A DNA stretch of 64,000 nucleotides from Spirochaetota bacterium. Lineage in GTDB: Bacteria; Spirochaetota; UBA4802; JAFGDQ01. The position numbers and the translations under genes are program-made. The stretch spans positions 1 to 64,000 of the forward strand of contig JAZDKB010000044.1 in the NCBI GenBank assembly GCA_043803405.1, written 5' to 3'. Numbering within the stretch: position 1 is the stretch's first letter; every line of letters begins with the position of its first letter. The notes under the pieces were generated by a model. That model searched no databases and was not told where the DNA came from. It saw nothing but the letters and a program-made list of their open reading frames with translations. This document shows, piece after piece, positions 1 through 10,124 of the stretch.

Positions 1-149
1 TGGGATGAAAATCCCCCTAACCCCCTTTAAAAAAAGGGGGTAAAAAGCTTTCAAACCTCCTTTAATAAAGGAGGTGGCGAGCGTAGCGAGCCGGAGGATT
101 TAATCCGGAGCAGGAATTTCAGAAGTTATATTTAGCATGAGGCAGCCCT
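1..149. mobile_element. MITE-like element, left end outside the window
   Basis: Ends in TTAGCATGAGGCAGCCCT, the terminus also seen at 26877, 28802, 33679 and 33995; 41-149 matches 26877-27041 in reverse complement apart from a palindromic insert in the latter. Confidence 0.65.
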
Positions 150-165
150 GGGCGTGAGGGGTAAA

Positions 166-195
166 CAAGGCAGGGGGCTGCAACCCCCTGCCTTG
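166..195. repeat. REP-like palindrome
   Basis: CAAGGCAGGGGG-CTGCAA-CCCCCTGCCTTG; related palindromes at about 1523-1551, 11227-11260 and 36912-36941. Confidence 0.6.
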
Positions 196-318
196 CCGTG
201 CGTGGCCGCACTTTGCTTTCAGGATTCCGCGGGGGTAGGTTCCGGGTTTCCTTTGACAACTGACATGTATTGTCCCGAACTAAGATTTATTTTAATAGTT
301 ATGGGATTCATTTTTATA

Positions 319-1407
319 TTAATTAAACCAGATAGTCGGCCAGCCGACATAGACCGATGCCGCATCATTGTAAATTCCCAGCCAGTCGCCGTTTGCCCCG
401 GCGCTGTATCCGTCGCCGTTTGTGTCGCCCTTGCGGCTGTCGTCCTTAAAGGAAGTAAAGGCAACGCCCGCTCCATTGTGATTAGCAATGGCAGAGTCTC
501 CGTCTTCAAGGTTAAGAACATTTGCGGTGAACTTTATTGTTACGTTGTTGCCGAGAGTCAGCGTACAGCCGGAGTTCACCCATAAGCTGTTGTCGTACAT
601 TACGAAAGCGACTTCCGTCTCTGCCCATGTTATGTTGTTTGCGAAATCATCGCCGGCGTGCAGAAATATACCGTTATATGTATTGCCGGTTGCTCCGCTA
701 TGAAATATATTAGAATCGTCAATGTTTATCTTCGAGCTTATTGATAATGGCAGGATATTGTCATAGAACGTGTTGCCTGTAATGATTGTGCCTGTTTCCG
801 CAAGGTTAGCATCCAGAGCGCCGAAATAAAAATCATCAAACTTGCCGCTGTTATTATGTGCAAAAATACAGTTTGTTACCGTTGCGGTTTGGTAGTAAAT
901 ACAAAGCGCCCTGTTGTCTCCCGATCCACCACCGTAGTAAAATTCGCAGTAATTAAATATCGATGCATCTGCGCCGTTTGTGTTAATACTGATCCAGTCT
1001 CCTTTGGCTGGCGAACTCGCCGAGCAATCGTCATTTGTATCGCCGCCGTGTGCGTCATCTTTGTATGAAGTAAAGATTATAGGATCGACAGAGGTTCCGT
1101 TCGCCACAATTCTGCCGTTCGAGCTGTCCAGTATCATATAAGGGCCGTCATCTGGATGAAACTTAACAATTGCTCCGGGTTCAATGGTCAGGGTATCCAT
1201 AACATAAAAATCATATTTTTTAATAAGATATACATTGCCTTTAATCCATGCTGCCGGTGATGTAATGTTATTAGTTATTTCTATTACCGGTAATGCAGAT
1301 GAAGCGCAAGGACCACTCCCGCCGCTGCCGCTATCTCCTGGACCGCATGCCGTAAAAACTACCGCAGAAAAAAGAGACGCAATAAATAATCTTATTATAG
1401 TGTTCAT
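319..1407 (-). CDS. Lipoprotein, right-handed beta-helix (pectin-lyase-like)
   Basis: Lipobox VFTAC; LTIEPGAIVKF and PIIFTS..DD..GGDTN motifs; AAGGAGG RBS. Confidence 0.8.
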   Translation of the reverse strand: MNTIIRLFIASLFSAVVFTACGPGDSGSGGSGPCASSALPVIEITNNITSPAAWIKGNVYLIKKYDFYVMDTLTIEPGAIVKFHPDDGPYMILDSSNGRIVANGTSVDPIIFTSYKDDAHGGDTNDDCSASSPAKGDWISINTNGADASIFNYCEFYYGGGSGDNRALCIYYQTATVTNCIFAHNNSGKFDDFYFGALDANLAETGTIITGNTFYDNILPLSISSKINIDDSNIFHSGATGNTYNGIFLHAGDDFANNITWAETEVAFVMYDNSLWVNSGCTLTLGNNVTIKFTANVLNLEDGDSAIANHNGAGVAFTSFKDDSRKGDTNGDGYSAGANGDWLGIYNDAASVYVGWPTIWFN

Positions 1408-1477
1408 ATATCCTCCTTAAATTAAAAAATATCTGAAAGATAATAGACGCTTGCTTTTAGCTTATCCTTCAGTATGT

Positions 1478-1504
1478 AGTTCTATTTTTAGCGGAATCGT
1501 CACA
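1478..1504 (-). promoter_or_regulatory. Putative ECF promoter motif, copy 1
   Basis: TGTGACGATT-CCGCTAAAAATA-GAACT, 70 nt upstream of the ATG at 1407. Confidence 0.75.
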
Positions 1505-1570
1505 AAAAAAATTTACACAAACAGAACAAATAGCTGCGGCCCCTTGTTCTATGGCAGCGCATATAAGCAA

Positions 1571-1604
1571 AACAAAACCGGCGGATTGCTCCGCCGGTTT
1601 TGTT
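1571..1604 (-). terminator. Intrinsic terminator (array hairpin family)
   Basis: AACAAAACCGGCGGA-TTGC-TCCGCCGGTTTTGTT perfect stem. Confidence 0.8.
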
Positions 1605-1744
1605 AAGGGTTGGAGGTGTATGCTTATCTCGATATTTTAAACTTCATATCGATTTCTAACTTTTAAAACGCCTGTATAGGACGTACAGAATATGAACTGA
1701 TTTTACTGTCATAATCTGTGCCGACTGTTGACCATCCTGCCATG

Positions 1745-2318
1745 TCATTTTTCAACTATTATTCTTATATTCAAATTGCCTCCCAGAGTGTATTCCGCAT
1801 AAGGACCATTATCTATTGAGATCCAGTTTTTATTATCTACAAGCGGACCGGCATCGACAGAACTTGCATATACTCCATTTATCGATGTAACATAACCGGC
1901 CCAGATTTCAGATACGGAATCAATTACAAATGGATTTGACAAAGTAATAGTATTCCAGCCTTTATTAAAAGTGTATGTTTGCTCAAATAGTATTATCCCC
2001 GGCGCTGTTGTTGTACCTTTTCCGTATATCCGGACTGTGAAACTATGCGTTGCGGGATTATTTCCAATATTGAAATAATTGATTTTCACCTTAGTTATCT
2101 TCCCGCCTATGTAGGGCATTAATTTAGCATTATCCAGATAAACAAGATATTCATTTATATGATTTAAATTTCCCCAGCAATTGGATGGATCACCATCGTA
2201 ACCGATTTCATGTTCTGATGCAGATGGACTTGAAGATTCTGAATCATCACTGCCGCAGGCTAAGCGCTATTGTTGTAATAAGTATTAAAACAAACATAAC
2301 TTTAAAATATATTTTCAT
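1745..2318 (-). pseudogene. Lipoprotein gene frameshifted in the signal peptide
   Basis: AGGAGGATGT-ATG at 2318 (MKIYFKVMFVLILITTIAL) is out of frame with ACGSDDSESS..., which is in frame with ORF 1745-2119; shift near 2261. Confidence 0.75.
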
Positions 2319-2351
2319 ACATCCTCCTGAATTTATTAAATGACGATTTTG

Positions 2352-2936
2352 TTAAAAAGCACGGACAGGACGAACGTAATAAGGAGTATTTTTCCCAGTT
2401 CTTGTTTTGTTGTAAAGCTTTGCAACATACGCTGTGTTTGCGTCTATTTCAGATGAACTCCAGTAATATTCATTTTCATAACCGTCCATGACGCTTATTT
2501 GATTAAATAAATCTTCAAGTTCATCAATAGATGGAAGGAACCAGTCTGTTTTACCTCCGCCATTATAGTCTCTGCAAACTTTTGCGGCACTTCCAGTATG
2601 TCCGGGTTGTGCCATAATGGCATTGGAATTTGCCAATCCTGTCCCCGGTTCAGTTGAAGTATTTCCGTTAAAATTCCACACTTGATAGTCGCCCTCTATC
2701 CAGGTCGGCTGAGGATCACCGGAACCATTCGGATTCCAGTTTGCAGGTGCTACTTCCATTCCATGCACCCCGCCGTTTGTTATGTAAAAGACAGTGCCGA
2801 CTCCGCTGGGGCCTGTATCTCCTATAGCGTACGTTGCGGCAGGCGGATTATCGCTGCCGTCGTCTCCTCCGCAGGCTATAAACAAAACTGCTCCAAACAG
2901 CATTAAAGCGAACATAGTTTTAAAATATTTTTTCAT
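2352..2936 (-). CDS. Lipoprotein with a DUF1566/Lcl-type domain
   Basis: Lipobox FIAC; DWFLPSIDEL, YWSSSE and VRPVRAF motifs; start moved to the ATG after the RBS. Confidence 0.8.
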   Translation of the reverse strand: MKKYFKTMFALMLFGAVLFIACGGDDGSDNPPAATYAIGDTGPSGVGTVFYITNGGVHGMEVAPANWNPNGSGDPQPTWIEGDYQVWNFNGNTSTEPGTGLANSNAIMAQPGHTGSAAKVCRDYNGGGKTDWFLPSIDELEDLFNQISVMDGYENEYYWSSSEIDANTAYVAKLYNKTRTGKNTPYYVRPVRAF

Positions 2937-2964
2937 ACATCCTCCTGAATTTATCAAACTGATA

Positions 2965-4098
2965 TTATCTTCCGCCTCTTACAGCCCAAAAATAACTTGA
3001 ATTTGATTTTATAACATCCTGGGATATTCCACTGCCGATCTGTAACGGCCAGACATTCGCTGTATTCGTACAATTGGTTGTAGAAGACCAGTAATTTGCG
3101 TTTGCAGCATTTTCAAAACCCTGGCTGTTGAGCCAGGATGCATTGTTATTTGATTCGAAATTACTAAGACTCAATAATTCGTTTCGGTTAGGCATGCGCC
3201 AGTCGTTATAACCGCCTGCTGATACTCCTGAACAGGATACGATAGCATTCGACCATGTGTTTAAAGTAGTACTTACTGTTTTCTGCCAGATCAATCCTGT
3301 TAAATAATCCGTAATTGTACCGTTGCCGTTATCATGGAACCTTGGATTCGGCCAGTCATAGCCCACCTGCAGGTTGCCGTCATCCCCGTCAGCATATTTT
3401 GTTGTCTGCCCCGTTTTAGGAATTTTAGGCGATGTGATGCCGCCGCGTACCGGCCACACGATAAAATAGTCGCTGTCTTTTGTGCATGGGCAGGTGTATC
3501 CACTGTTAATCCACATCCCATTAGCATAAATTGTGTTACTTGAATATGTTGTTCCGCTCCAGTAAATAAAATTTACATTGGTAAAGTAACCATGATCAGT
3601 CAACCATTGGGCAGTGTCCGCTCCCATGTTTGTTATGGAATAGAACTCATTAATATTCGGCAAACGCCAGTCATTATGCCCAAGGTAATTCTCTGTATTC
3701 AATTTTTTAATATAATCAAGCGCATGCAGCCATGTGACCATTCCGTCATTCGAAGTTGTGCCATCCAGATCAAAATTATAATCAGGGCTGGTAGGAGTCG
3801 TACTCCTGGAATACATAAGATTGGCATCGCGTGCCCAGATAAGCCCGGTGAGATTGTCTGTAACACTTGCGCTGTCCGGATTTAGCGTAAAACGCGGAGA
3901 AGGCCATACAGCCCCTTTCTGCAGGGAACCATCCTCTCTAGTATTAAGAGTGTATCCGCTTATTGCTCCTGCACCGGTTTTAGGTATCTCATAAACCCAG
4001 CTTGTTGTTGAGTGGGAAGAATCGTCTCCTCCGCAGGCTGTAAACGCCAATGCGGCAAAAAGCATTAAAATTGCAATAAATTTGAATTTTGATTTCAT
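2965..4098 (-). CDS. Lipoprotein with two DUF1566/Lcl domains
   Basis: Lipobox FTAC; two copies of TD.LTGLIW...DWR(L/M)PN..E...YWS.TT...W.VRGG. Confidence 0.85.
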   Translation of the reverse strand: MKSKFKFIAILMLFAALAFTACGGDDSSHSTTSWVYEIPKTGAGAISGYTLNTREDGSLQKGAVWPSPRFTLNPDSASVTDNLTGLIWARDANLMYSRSTTPTSPDYNFDLDGTTSNDGMVTWLHALDYIKKLNTENYLGHNDWRLPNINEFYSITNMGADTAQWLTDHGYFTNVNFIYWSGTTYSSNTIYANGMWINSGYTCPCTKDSDYFIVWPVRGGITSPKIPKTGQTTKYADGDDGNLQVGYDWPNPRFHDNGNGTITDYLTGLIWQKTVSTTLNTWSNAIVSCSGVSAGGYNDWRMPNRNELLSLSNFESNNNASWLNSQGFENAANANYWSSTTNCTNTANVWPLQIGSGISQDVIKSNSSYFWAVRGGR

Positions 4099-4220
4099 CT
4101 TTCCTCCGAAATAATATTTGAATCCTACTATATAAGAGATATAATAAGTGTGCATATACCATCTTCCCGGGCGCAGGTACATTTGCCTTAAAAGCGCCTG
4201 GATAAAACCCGAACAAAAAT

Positions 4221-5255
4221 TTAATCGGCAGACCTCGCAAGACGGAAACCCAGAGTATTGTATTCATTATATGGGGAATCCTGCCCCCCGCTGTATCCTA
4301 TCTGTAAGGTACTGCCCGAAAATAACCAGGCTCCTCCCCGTATTGCACGACTGGCTCCACTATTCCCATAGCACCATTCCCACACATTACCGGATATGTC
4401 ATAAAGTCCCAGAGCATTGGGCAAAAGACCTTTCACTGCATGAGTGGAGGATGAACTATACCAGGCTACTGCCTGATTTGCTCCTGTATTTGTGTAATCC
4501 GCCATAGCGCCGCTGGCATAATTGCCTGGATAATACTCTCCCATGTCCGATATATCGCCGTCATTGTTTGCGTCATCTATATACCGCGCGGCAAGCTCCC
4601 ATTCAAGGGCAGTAAGCATGCGGAATCCGGTAGCAGCGTAATTTTCCATGTCAACATTTCCATTGGTCGCGGCTTTTATATAGGGTTTATCCTCACTTCC
4701 GTTAGTTGTGTCAACAGAAGCTGTATTTGTCGATATACGTATGGGTATTGTATAAGCAGAATCGCTGTAATAAGCGCATGTGTAACTTGTGCTGTTCTTC
4801 TCGTTATACCATTCAGTTGCAGCGTTGCACCAGATTATGGCATCACGCCAGTTGATCATTGTTACAGGCTCCATAGTTAATGGCGAAGCAGCGCCTCCGG
4901 CACCGTCATTGCCTTCAATTCCTGTGTTTGCAAATGTATACGCATTTGTTACTCTACTAATCGCCCATTGACGAACTGTGTACCATAACTCGTAAGTCAC
5001 CTCGGTTTCACCTATCCAGAAAGCTTTACTCACTGTAGCAGTTCCACTATCATCCGTGCCTGTCTTAAAAGTCTTTCCAGGCACATAAGACATCATAAAG
5101 CCTGCGCCATCTGCATTGTAAAAAGATATATCTCCTGCCTGCAATCCTTCATCCTGATAAATATAAGAGCTTTTATCATCTCCCCCGCAGGCTGTGAAAA
5201 CAAGCGCCAGCGCAGTGATCAGCATTAAAGAAATTGCTTTTAACAAATTTTTCAT
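4221..5255 (-). CDS. Lipoprotein, FGE-sulfatase/SUMF1 (C-type lectin fold) family
   Basis: ETEVT, PNALGLYDISGNVWEWC, RGGAW and terminal GFRLARS motifs; lipobox FTAC. Confidence 0.85.
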   Translation of the reverse strand: MKNLLKAISLMLITALALVFTACGGDDKSSYIYQDEGLQAGDISFYNADGAGFMMSYVPGKTFKTGTDDSGTATVSKAFWIGETEVTYELWYTVRQWAISRVTNAYTFANTGIEGNDGAGGAASPLTMEPVTMINWRDAIIWCNAATEWYNEKNSTSYTCAYYSDSAYTIPIRISTNTASVDTTNGSEDKPYIKAATNGNVDMENYAATGFRMLTALEWELAARYIDDANNDGDISDMGEYYPGNYASGAMADYTNTGANQAVAWYSSSSTHAVKGLLPNALGLYDISGNVWEWCYGNSGASRAIRGGAWLFSGSTLQIGYSGGQDSPYNEYNTLGFRLARSAD

Positions 5256-5325
5256 ACATCCTCCAGGATTTTTATAATTATTTGATATGATTATAGTTTT
5301 CTTAAAAACATACTCTTCAGTGTGT

Positions 5326-5352
5326 AGTTCTCTTTTTGCCCAGATCGTCACA
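5326..5352 (-). promoter_or_regulatory. Putative ECF promoter motif, copy 2
   Basis: TGTGACGATC-TGGGCAAAAAGA-GAACT, 70 nt upstream of the ATG at 5255. Confidence 0.75.
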
Positions 5353-5370
5353 AAAAAAATGAGCTTTTTG

Positions 5371-5400
5371 TAAAACCGGCAGGGCAGGCCGCCGGTTTTA
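5371..5400 (-). terminator. Intrinsic terminator (array hairpin family)
   Basis: TAAAACCGGC...GCCGGTTTTA just downstream of the stop at 5424. Confidence 0.75.
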
Positions 5401-5423
5401 TATATAATATAGGCTGTCTGCTG

Positions 5424-7598
5424 CTACTGGCTAAGCCGCGCAAAATATGATTGCAATTCTTCAGTCCCGATATAGTTGAAAGACCCACCTGCGTACATCG
5501 AGCTCCCGCTTACCGCAAGAGCAAGTACAGCGTCATTTGCGTTGGGATTCCACGAAGTTGCATTTCCAGTAACTGTGTCCAGAGCTGCAATGTTGTTTCT
5601 GGCTACCGGGGTAGTGCCAATTTCCGTGAATCCCCCTCCTGCGTATACTGTACTTCCGCTTATAGCAATAGAAAATACAGTACCATTCGCGTTAGGGTTC
5701 CATGAAGTTGCATCTCCAGTCGTTACATCAAGTGCAGCAATATAGTTCCTTGTGGGCGTATTGCCTATGCTTGTAAAATTCCCTCCGGTATAAACCAGGC
5801 TTCCGCTTATGGTAATAACATATACAGTACCATTCGCATTAGGGTTCCATGCGGTTACAGCTCCTGTCGAGTCAAGTGCTGCAATATAATTTCTTGCTGT
5901 CGGTGTGCTGCCTATGCTATTGAAATCCCCGCCTGCATATATAGTGCTTCCGCTTATGGCAATAGCATATACAGTACCATTTGCGTTGGGGTTCCATGAA
6001 GTTGGAACTCCGGTCGCAGAATCAATCGCGGCAATACGATTTCTTGCTATTGGCGTGCTGCCTATTTGTGTAAAGAAGCCACCAATATATACTGTGTTCC
6101 CATTTACTGCGATAGCATAAACAGGACCACCATTTGCATTCGGATTCCATGATGTCACTGCTCCGGTTGTTGTATCAAGCGCTGCAATACAGCTTCTCGC
6201 TGCCGGTGTGCTGCCAATGCTTGTGAAAGCTCCACCAACATACACAGTGCTCCCGCTTACAGTTAAAGCATTTACAGTGCCGTTCGCATTTGGATTCCAT
6301 GAGGTCACTGTTCCGGTTGAATCAAATGCGGCCACATGGTTTCTTGTTACAGATGTTCCGCCTATGCTTGTGAATTCCCCGCCTGTATATACTGTACTCT
6401 CGCTTACCGCAAGAGCATATACATATCCATTTGCATTCGGATTCCATGAAGTTGCAGCTCCAGTTGAATCAATTGCAGCAATATACTTTCTTGCTGCGGG
6501 CGTATTTCCAATATATTGAAAACTACCTGCTGCATAAACAGTATTTCCGCTGATAACAATAGCATAGATGGCACTGTCCGCGCTGGGGTCCCAGGAAGTT
6601 ACATTGCCTGTACCTGCGTCCAGAGCAGCGATATGATTTCTTGCAGCTGTTACAGCGCCTATGCTTGAAAAATTTCCTCCCGCATATACAGTTGTACCGC
6701 TTACTGCGAGAGCTGTTACATATCCGTTTGCATTGGGATTCCAGGCAGTAACCTGTCCCATCGAATCCAGAGCAGCAATACGGTTTCTTACTGCAGGAGT
6801 GCTGCCTATGCTGGTAAAATGTCCGCCTGCGTACACAGTGCTGCCGCTTACGGTTATAGAACTAACTAACCCATTTGCGTTAGGGATCCATGTCATTACA
6901 GCCTCTCCGGTAGATGCATCCAGAGCAGCAATATTATTTCTTGTCATTGATGGGCTTCCTATGGTTGCAAATTGACCGCCTGCATATACTGTACTTCCGC
7001 TTACTGCAATGGCATGTACAGTGCCGCCGGCATTCGGGTTCCATGAAGTCGGTGCACCTGTAGATGCGTCAAGGCAGGCAATTCTGTTTCTTGTTACAGG
7101 CGTGCTGCCTATGCTTGTAAAGTTTCCGCCAATGTATACATTGCTGCCGTTTACTGTAATAACTTTTATTTCGTCATTTACGTTAGGGTTCCATGAAGGA
7201 TCAACAGTGCCGTTTGAAAGTATATGGGCAATGTTGTTGCGGGCCAATCCGCCTGCATAAGTAAATCTGCCTCCAATGTACCAGCCGTTTGCGTTATCGG
7301 ATGCAACAGCCGTAACATATCCCTTAACCTGCGGAAAAGCTGAAGCAGGTTTTCCTGTGGAAGTATCAAGCGGAACACATGGGCCTGTAAACGGCCATAA
7401 TTCTGTAAAATCTCCGCCAATATACGTGGTTCCGTCCGGTCCAACTGCAATTGCATTAACCATGCCGTTAGGCGCCATAACCGGAGCTGGACCGGCTACT
7501 CCGCCGCTGTCGCTGCTGCTTCCTCCGCCGCAGGCTGAAAAAGCAAGCGCCAGAGCAGTGATCAGCATTAAAGAAATTGCTTTTAACAAATTTTTCAT
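5424..7598 (-). CDS. Lipoprotein with about 12 beta-propeller repeats
   Basis: ~52-aa repeats WNPNANG.V.A(I/L)A(V/I)SGSTVYAGG.FTSIG...RN.IAALD; lipobox FSAC. Confidence 0.85.
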   Translation of the reverse strand: MKNLLKAISLMLITALALAFSACGGGSSSDSGGVAGPAPVMAPNGMVNAIAVGPDGTTYIGGDFTELWPFTGPCVPLDTSTGKPASAFPQVKGYVTAVASDNANGWYIGGRFTYAGGLARNNIAHILSNGTVDPSWNPNVNDEIKVITVNGSNVYIGGNFTSIGSTPVTRNRIACLDASTGAPTSWNPNAGGTVHAIAVSGSTVYAGGQFATIGSPSMTRNNIAALDASTGEAVMTWIPNANGLVSSITVSGSTVYAGGHFTSIGSTPAVRNRIAALDSMGQVTAWNPNANGYVTALAVSGTTVYAGGNFSSIGAVTAARNHIAALDAGTGNVTSWDPSADSAIYAIVISGNTVYAAGSFQYIGNTPAARKYIAAIDSTGAATSWNPNANGYVYALAVSESTVYTGGEFTSIGGTSVTRNHVAAFDSTGTVTSWNPNANGTVNALTVSGSTVYVGGAFTSIGSTPAARSCIAALDTTTGAVTSWNPNANGGPVYAIAVNGNTVYIGGFFTQIGSTPIARNRIAAIDSATGVPTSWNPNANGTVYAIAISGSTIYAGGDFNSIGSTPTARNYIAALDSTGAVTAWNPNANGTVYVITISGSLVYTGGNFTSIGNTPTRNYIAALDVTTGDATSWNPNANGTVFSIAISGSTVYAGGGFTEIGTTPVARNNIAALDTVTGNATSWNPNANDAVLALAVSGSSMYAGGSFNYIGTEELQSYFARLSQ

Positions 7599-7668
7599 AC
7601 ATCCTCCAGGATTTTTATAATTATTTGATATGATTATAGTTTTCTTAAAAACATACTCTTCAATATGT

Positions 7669-7695
7669 AGTTCTATTTTTGCCCAAATCGTCACA
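7669..7695 (-). promoter_or_regulatory. Putative ECF promoter motif, copy 3
   Basis: TGTGACGATT-TGGGCAAAAATA-GAACT, 70 nt upstream of the ATG at 7598. Confidence 0.75.
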
Positions 7696-7891
7696 AAAAA
7701 AATGAGCAAACTGCTGTTCTTCCGGATAACAGCGATTTTATATCTGTTATTTGAAAGTATGAAAATCAAGTTGACCGGTCAATACTGCAAAACATACTCA
7801 ATTTTTAATTGACTTTATTAAGGGAATGCCCAAGAATCAAAGGCAGCTTTATTATTATTTCAGAGTACTTTGATGTAATAGGCTGATAATA

Positions 7892-8668
7892 ATGGAATTA
7901 GTTGATAAGAAGCAGCTTTCAAAATCCCGGTGGTTAAAAGCAAATGACTTTCTGTTGTCGGTCAGCTCCGCGGATTCAATCAAAGAACTGAACACCGGTA
8001 TACTTGAAGAAATACCTGCTCTTATTCCATTCGGGAATTCCGGAATATTCATGGAATTGAGCGAAAACTTTATACCTACCATAGTGGAATCCGTCAATTC
8101 GGCAAAAAAATGGAATGATTCATTTAATGAATATTATTATAAAATTTCCAATTCTCCCGGCTTTGATAAAAATATTTTCTATGCAAATATACGTGCATTA
8201 AAAAGGTATCATAATTCCGAATATTATAATGATTTTCTGGTTCCGCAGGATATAAGCTACAGTGCCGGATTTATGATATCAGCCCTGGGGAATAAACCAA
8301 GCCACATATTCGTGCTGAACAGAACAAAAGGCGAACGCATGTACACCGAAGAAGAATTATCTCTTATGAAAATTATAGAGCCTCATATTTCGGGCTATTA
8401 CAGGATGCTCTCCCTGCTGGAAAGTTTTAAAAAATTACCAGTCCTGATGTCGGAACTTGAAACAGACAGCAGGCTGCTTAGCAGGAGAGAAGCGGAGATA
8501 ACCCATCTGCTTTTGCAGAGACTAAAACCTGACGGCATTGCAAAGGAACTTAAAATCAGCATATTGACTGTGCGGAAGCATATACAGAATATTTATGAAA
8601 AATTAAATGTATCGGACAGGAAGCAGCTGTTTCAGAAGATACATTTAAATTTTAATAAGAACGATTAG
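7892..8668 (+). CDS. LuxR-family HTH regulator with a GAF-like N-terminus
   Basis: C-terminal LSRREAEI...IAKELKISILTVRKHIQNIYEKLNV. Confidence 0.85.
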   Translation: MELVDKKQLSKSRWLKANDFLLSVSSADSIKELNTGILEEIPALIPFGNSGIFMELSENFIPTIVESVNSAKKWNDSFNEYYYKISNSPGFDKNIFYANIRALKRYHNSEYYNDFLVPQDISYSAGFMISALGNKPSHIFVLNRTKGERMYTEEELSLMKIIEPHISGYYRMLSLLESFKKLPVLMSELETDSRLLSRREAEITHLLLQRLKPDGIAKELKISILTVRKHIQNIYEKLNVSDRKQLFQKIHLNFNKND

Positions 8669-8693
8669 CAGCTAAAGCAAAACCTGCGGCCGC

Positions 8694-9821
8694 TTATTCT
8701 ATCGTTGAATTAATGACATCGCAGGGAGTGTCGCTGTGCATGGAGATGCCCGGATATAGAACATACCACCAGCCGCCTGCGTTGTTTCGTATTGTGCTGT
8801 TCTCGATGCGGATGTTGCCCGTATGATCGTTTGTGACAAAAAAGATGGCTGAACCGTGCGTGGTTACGGAGTTGTATTCTATGAGAGTGCCGCAAATGGA
8901 GAGAGTCATTGTGTTGCCGTCATTATAGATCGCGCCCCCGCTCCCGCCGCCGGGAGTGCCTTCGCTCGCGGGATTGGCGCCCCAGCCCGTACACCGGTTA
9001 TACGAGAACACGCTGTTTATGATAGTCCACGATACGCCTATGCTGCTTAAGCCGCCGCCGTTTGCCCCCACGTTACCGTAGCCGTTGTCCCTGCCTCCGA
9101 ACGTGCAGCCTGTTACATACACAGGCCTGTCCTGGTACTGATCGAACACGCGCACTGCAGCTCCGCCCACGTCCGGCCCTTCACGCTGGCACGTATTGTT
9201 AAAGAAGCGGCAGTTGACCATCTTGAACTGCCCGCCGCGTACCCAGATGGCGCCGCCGCCGTCGTACTCTGCTTCGCACATTGCATTGCCGTCAATGAAG
9301 GTAAGGTTCTGCACAGTGAGCCTTGGTGTTTCCTGGTCATTGCAATAGCTGCTTGTCCACACCTGTTCAGGATCGCAGGTGTTCATGTACAGTATGCGTC
9401 TCTTGCCCCCGCCGCTTAAGGTTATAAGTCCGCCTCCGTCAATTACAACATCCGGTCTTTTATCATTAAATACTTTAGCTGTCCTGTTTAAGGTTATCGT
9501 TAAGGGACTTGCTCCGCAGTTAAAGACTATCTTTCCTCCCCTTGCTACCGCGCTTACGAATGCTTCGGATGTGCAGCTTCCCGGAGTGCCGTTGCCTACT
9601 GTTTCATCCGGCGCTGTAACATCTTCCGCGTCAGCGGCCGCAGGAACAGCGCAGTTACCGGAGAGATTTCCGGCAGCAGGTCCCGCAAGCGGATCTGTGC
9701 GCGGATCGGGGCAATATTCGCAGTTGAGAGAAGGTTCTTCCCCGCACTTACAGCTGTATCCTCCAAAAAGAATTAGCGCGAGAAAGCAGGCAATTCCCGA
9801 AATGTATAATAAATGTTTCAT
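8694..9821 (-). CDS. Secreted or lipoprotein beta-helix protein
   Basis: Signal peptide with Cys; IDGGGLITLSG motif and GGAI/FxxN repeats. Confidence 0.75.
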   Translation of the reverse strand: MKHLLYISGIACFLALILFGGYSCKCGEEPSLNCEYCPDPRTDPLAGPAAGNLSGNCAVPAAADAEDVTAPDETVGNGTPGSCTSEAFVSAVARGGKIVFNCGASPLTITLNRTAKVFNDKRPDVVIDGGGLITLSGGGKRRILYMNTCDPEQVWTSSYCNDQETPRLTVQNLTFIDGNAMCEAEYDGGGAIWVRGGQFKMVNCRFFNNTCQREGPDVGGAAVRVFDQYQDRPVYVTGCTFGGRDNGYGNVGANGGGLSSIGVSWTIINSVFSYNRCTGWGANPASEGTPGGGSGGAIYNDGNTMTLSICGTLIEYNSVTTHGSAIFFVTNDHTGNIRIENSTIRNNAGGWWYVLYPGISMHSDTPCDVINSTIE

Positions 9822-10073
9822 AATAGTATATTATGTTAAAATATTATTACCTGCAGTCCAGTGATTTTTAATATTTTCCCGAATGATATATCTGTTTACG
9901 ATTGCATTAGCACTTCATGCTTGTTGCAACTTTTCAGAACCAGCGGCAGAAGCCGCATGCTGAGCGAAGATGAAGTTCTTAGATTTGGGGCATAATAAAT
10001 TCACACAAAAGGCGGTCTTGCAACTGCCTTTTGTATTAAAACGCGCCTTTGCCGCTTACGCAGCCGTAAAAAC

Positions 10074-10101
10074 AAAACCGGCGGGCTAGGCCGCCGGTTT
10101 T
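10074..10101 (-). terminator. Intrinsic terminator (array hairpin family)
   Basis: AAAACCGGCGG-GCTAGG-CCGCCGGTTTT. Confidence 0.75.
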
Positions 10102-10124
10102 TTCGCTTTCTTGTTAGCAAGGAA

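Noticed and set aside
2352..5255. Complete diversity-generating retroelement
   Set aside because: No reverse transcriptase, Avd or template repeat found in the window
5451..7620. Plus-strand ORFs with repeated FGFHEV motifs
   Set aside because: Antisense shadows of the repetitive minus-strand propeller gene
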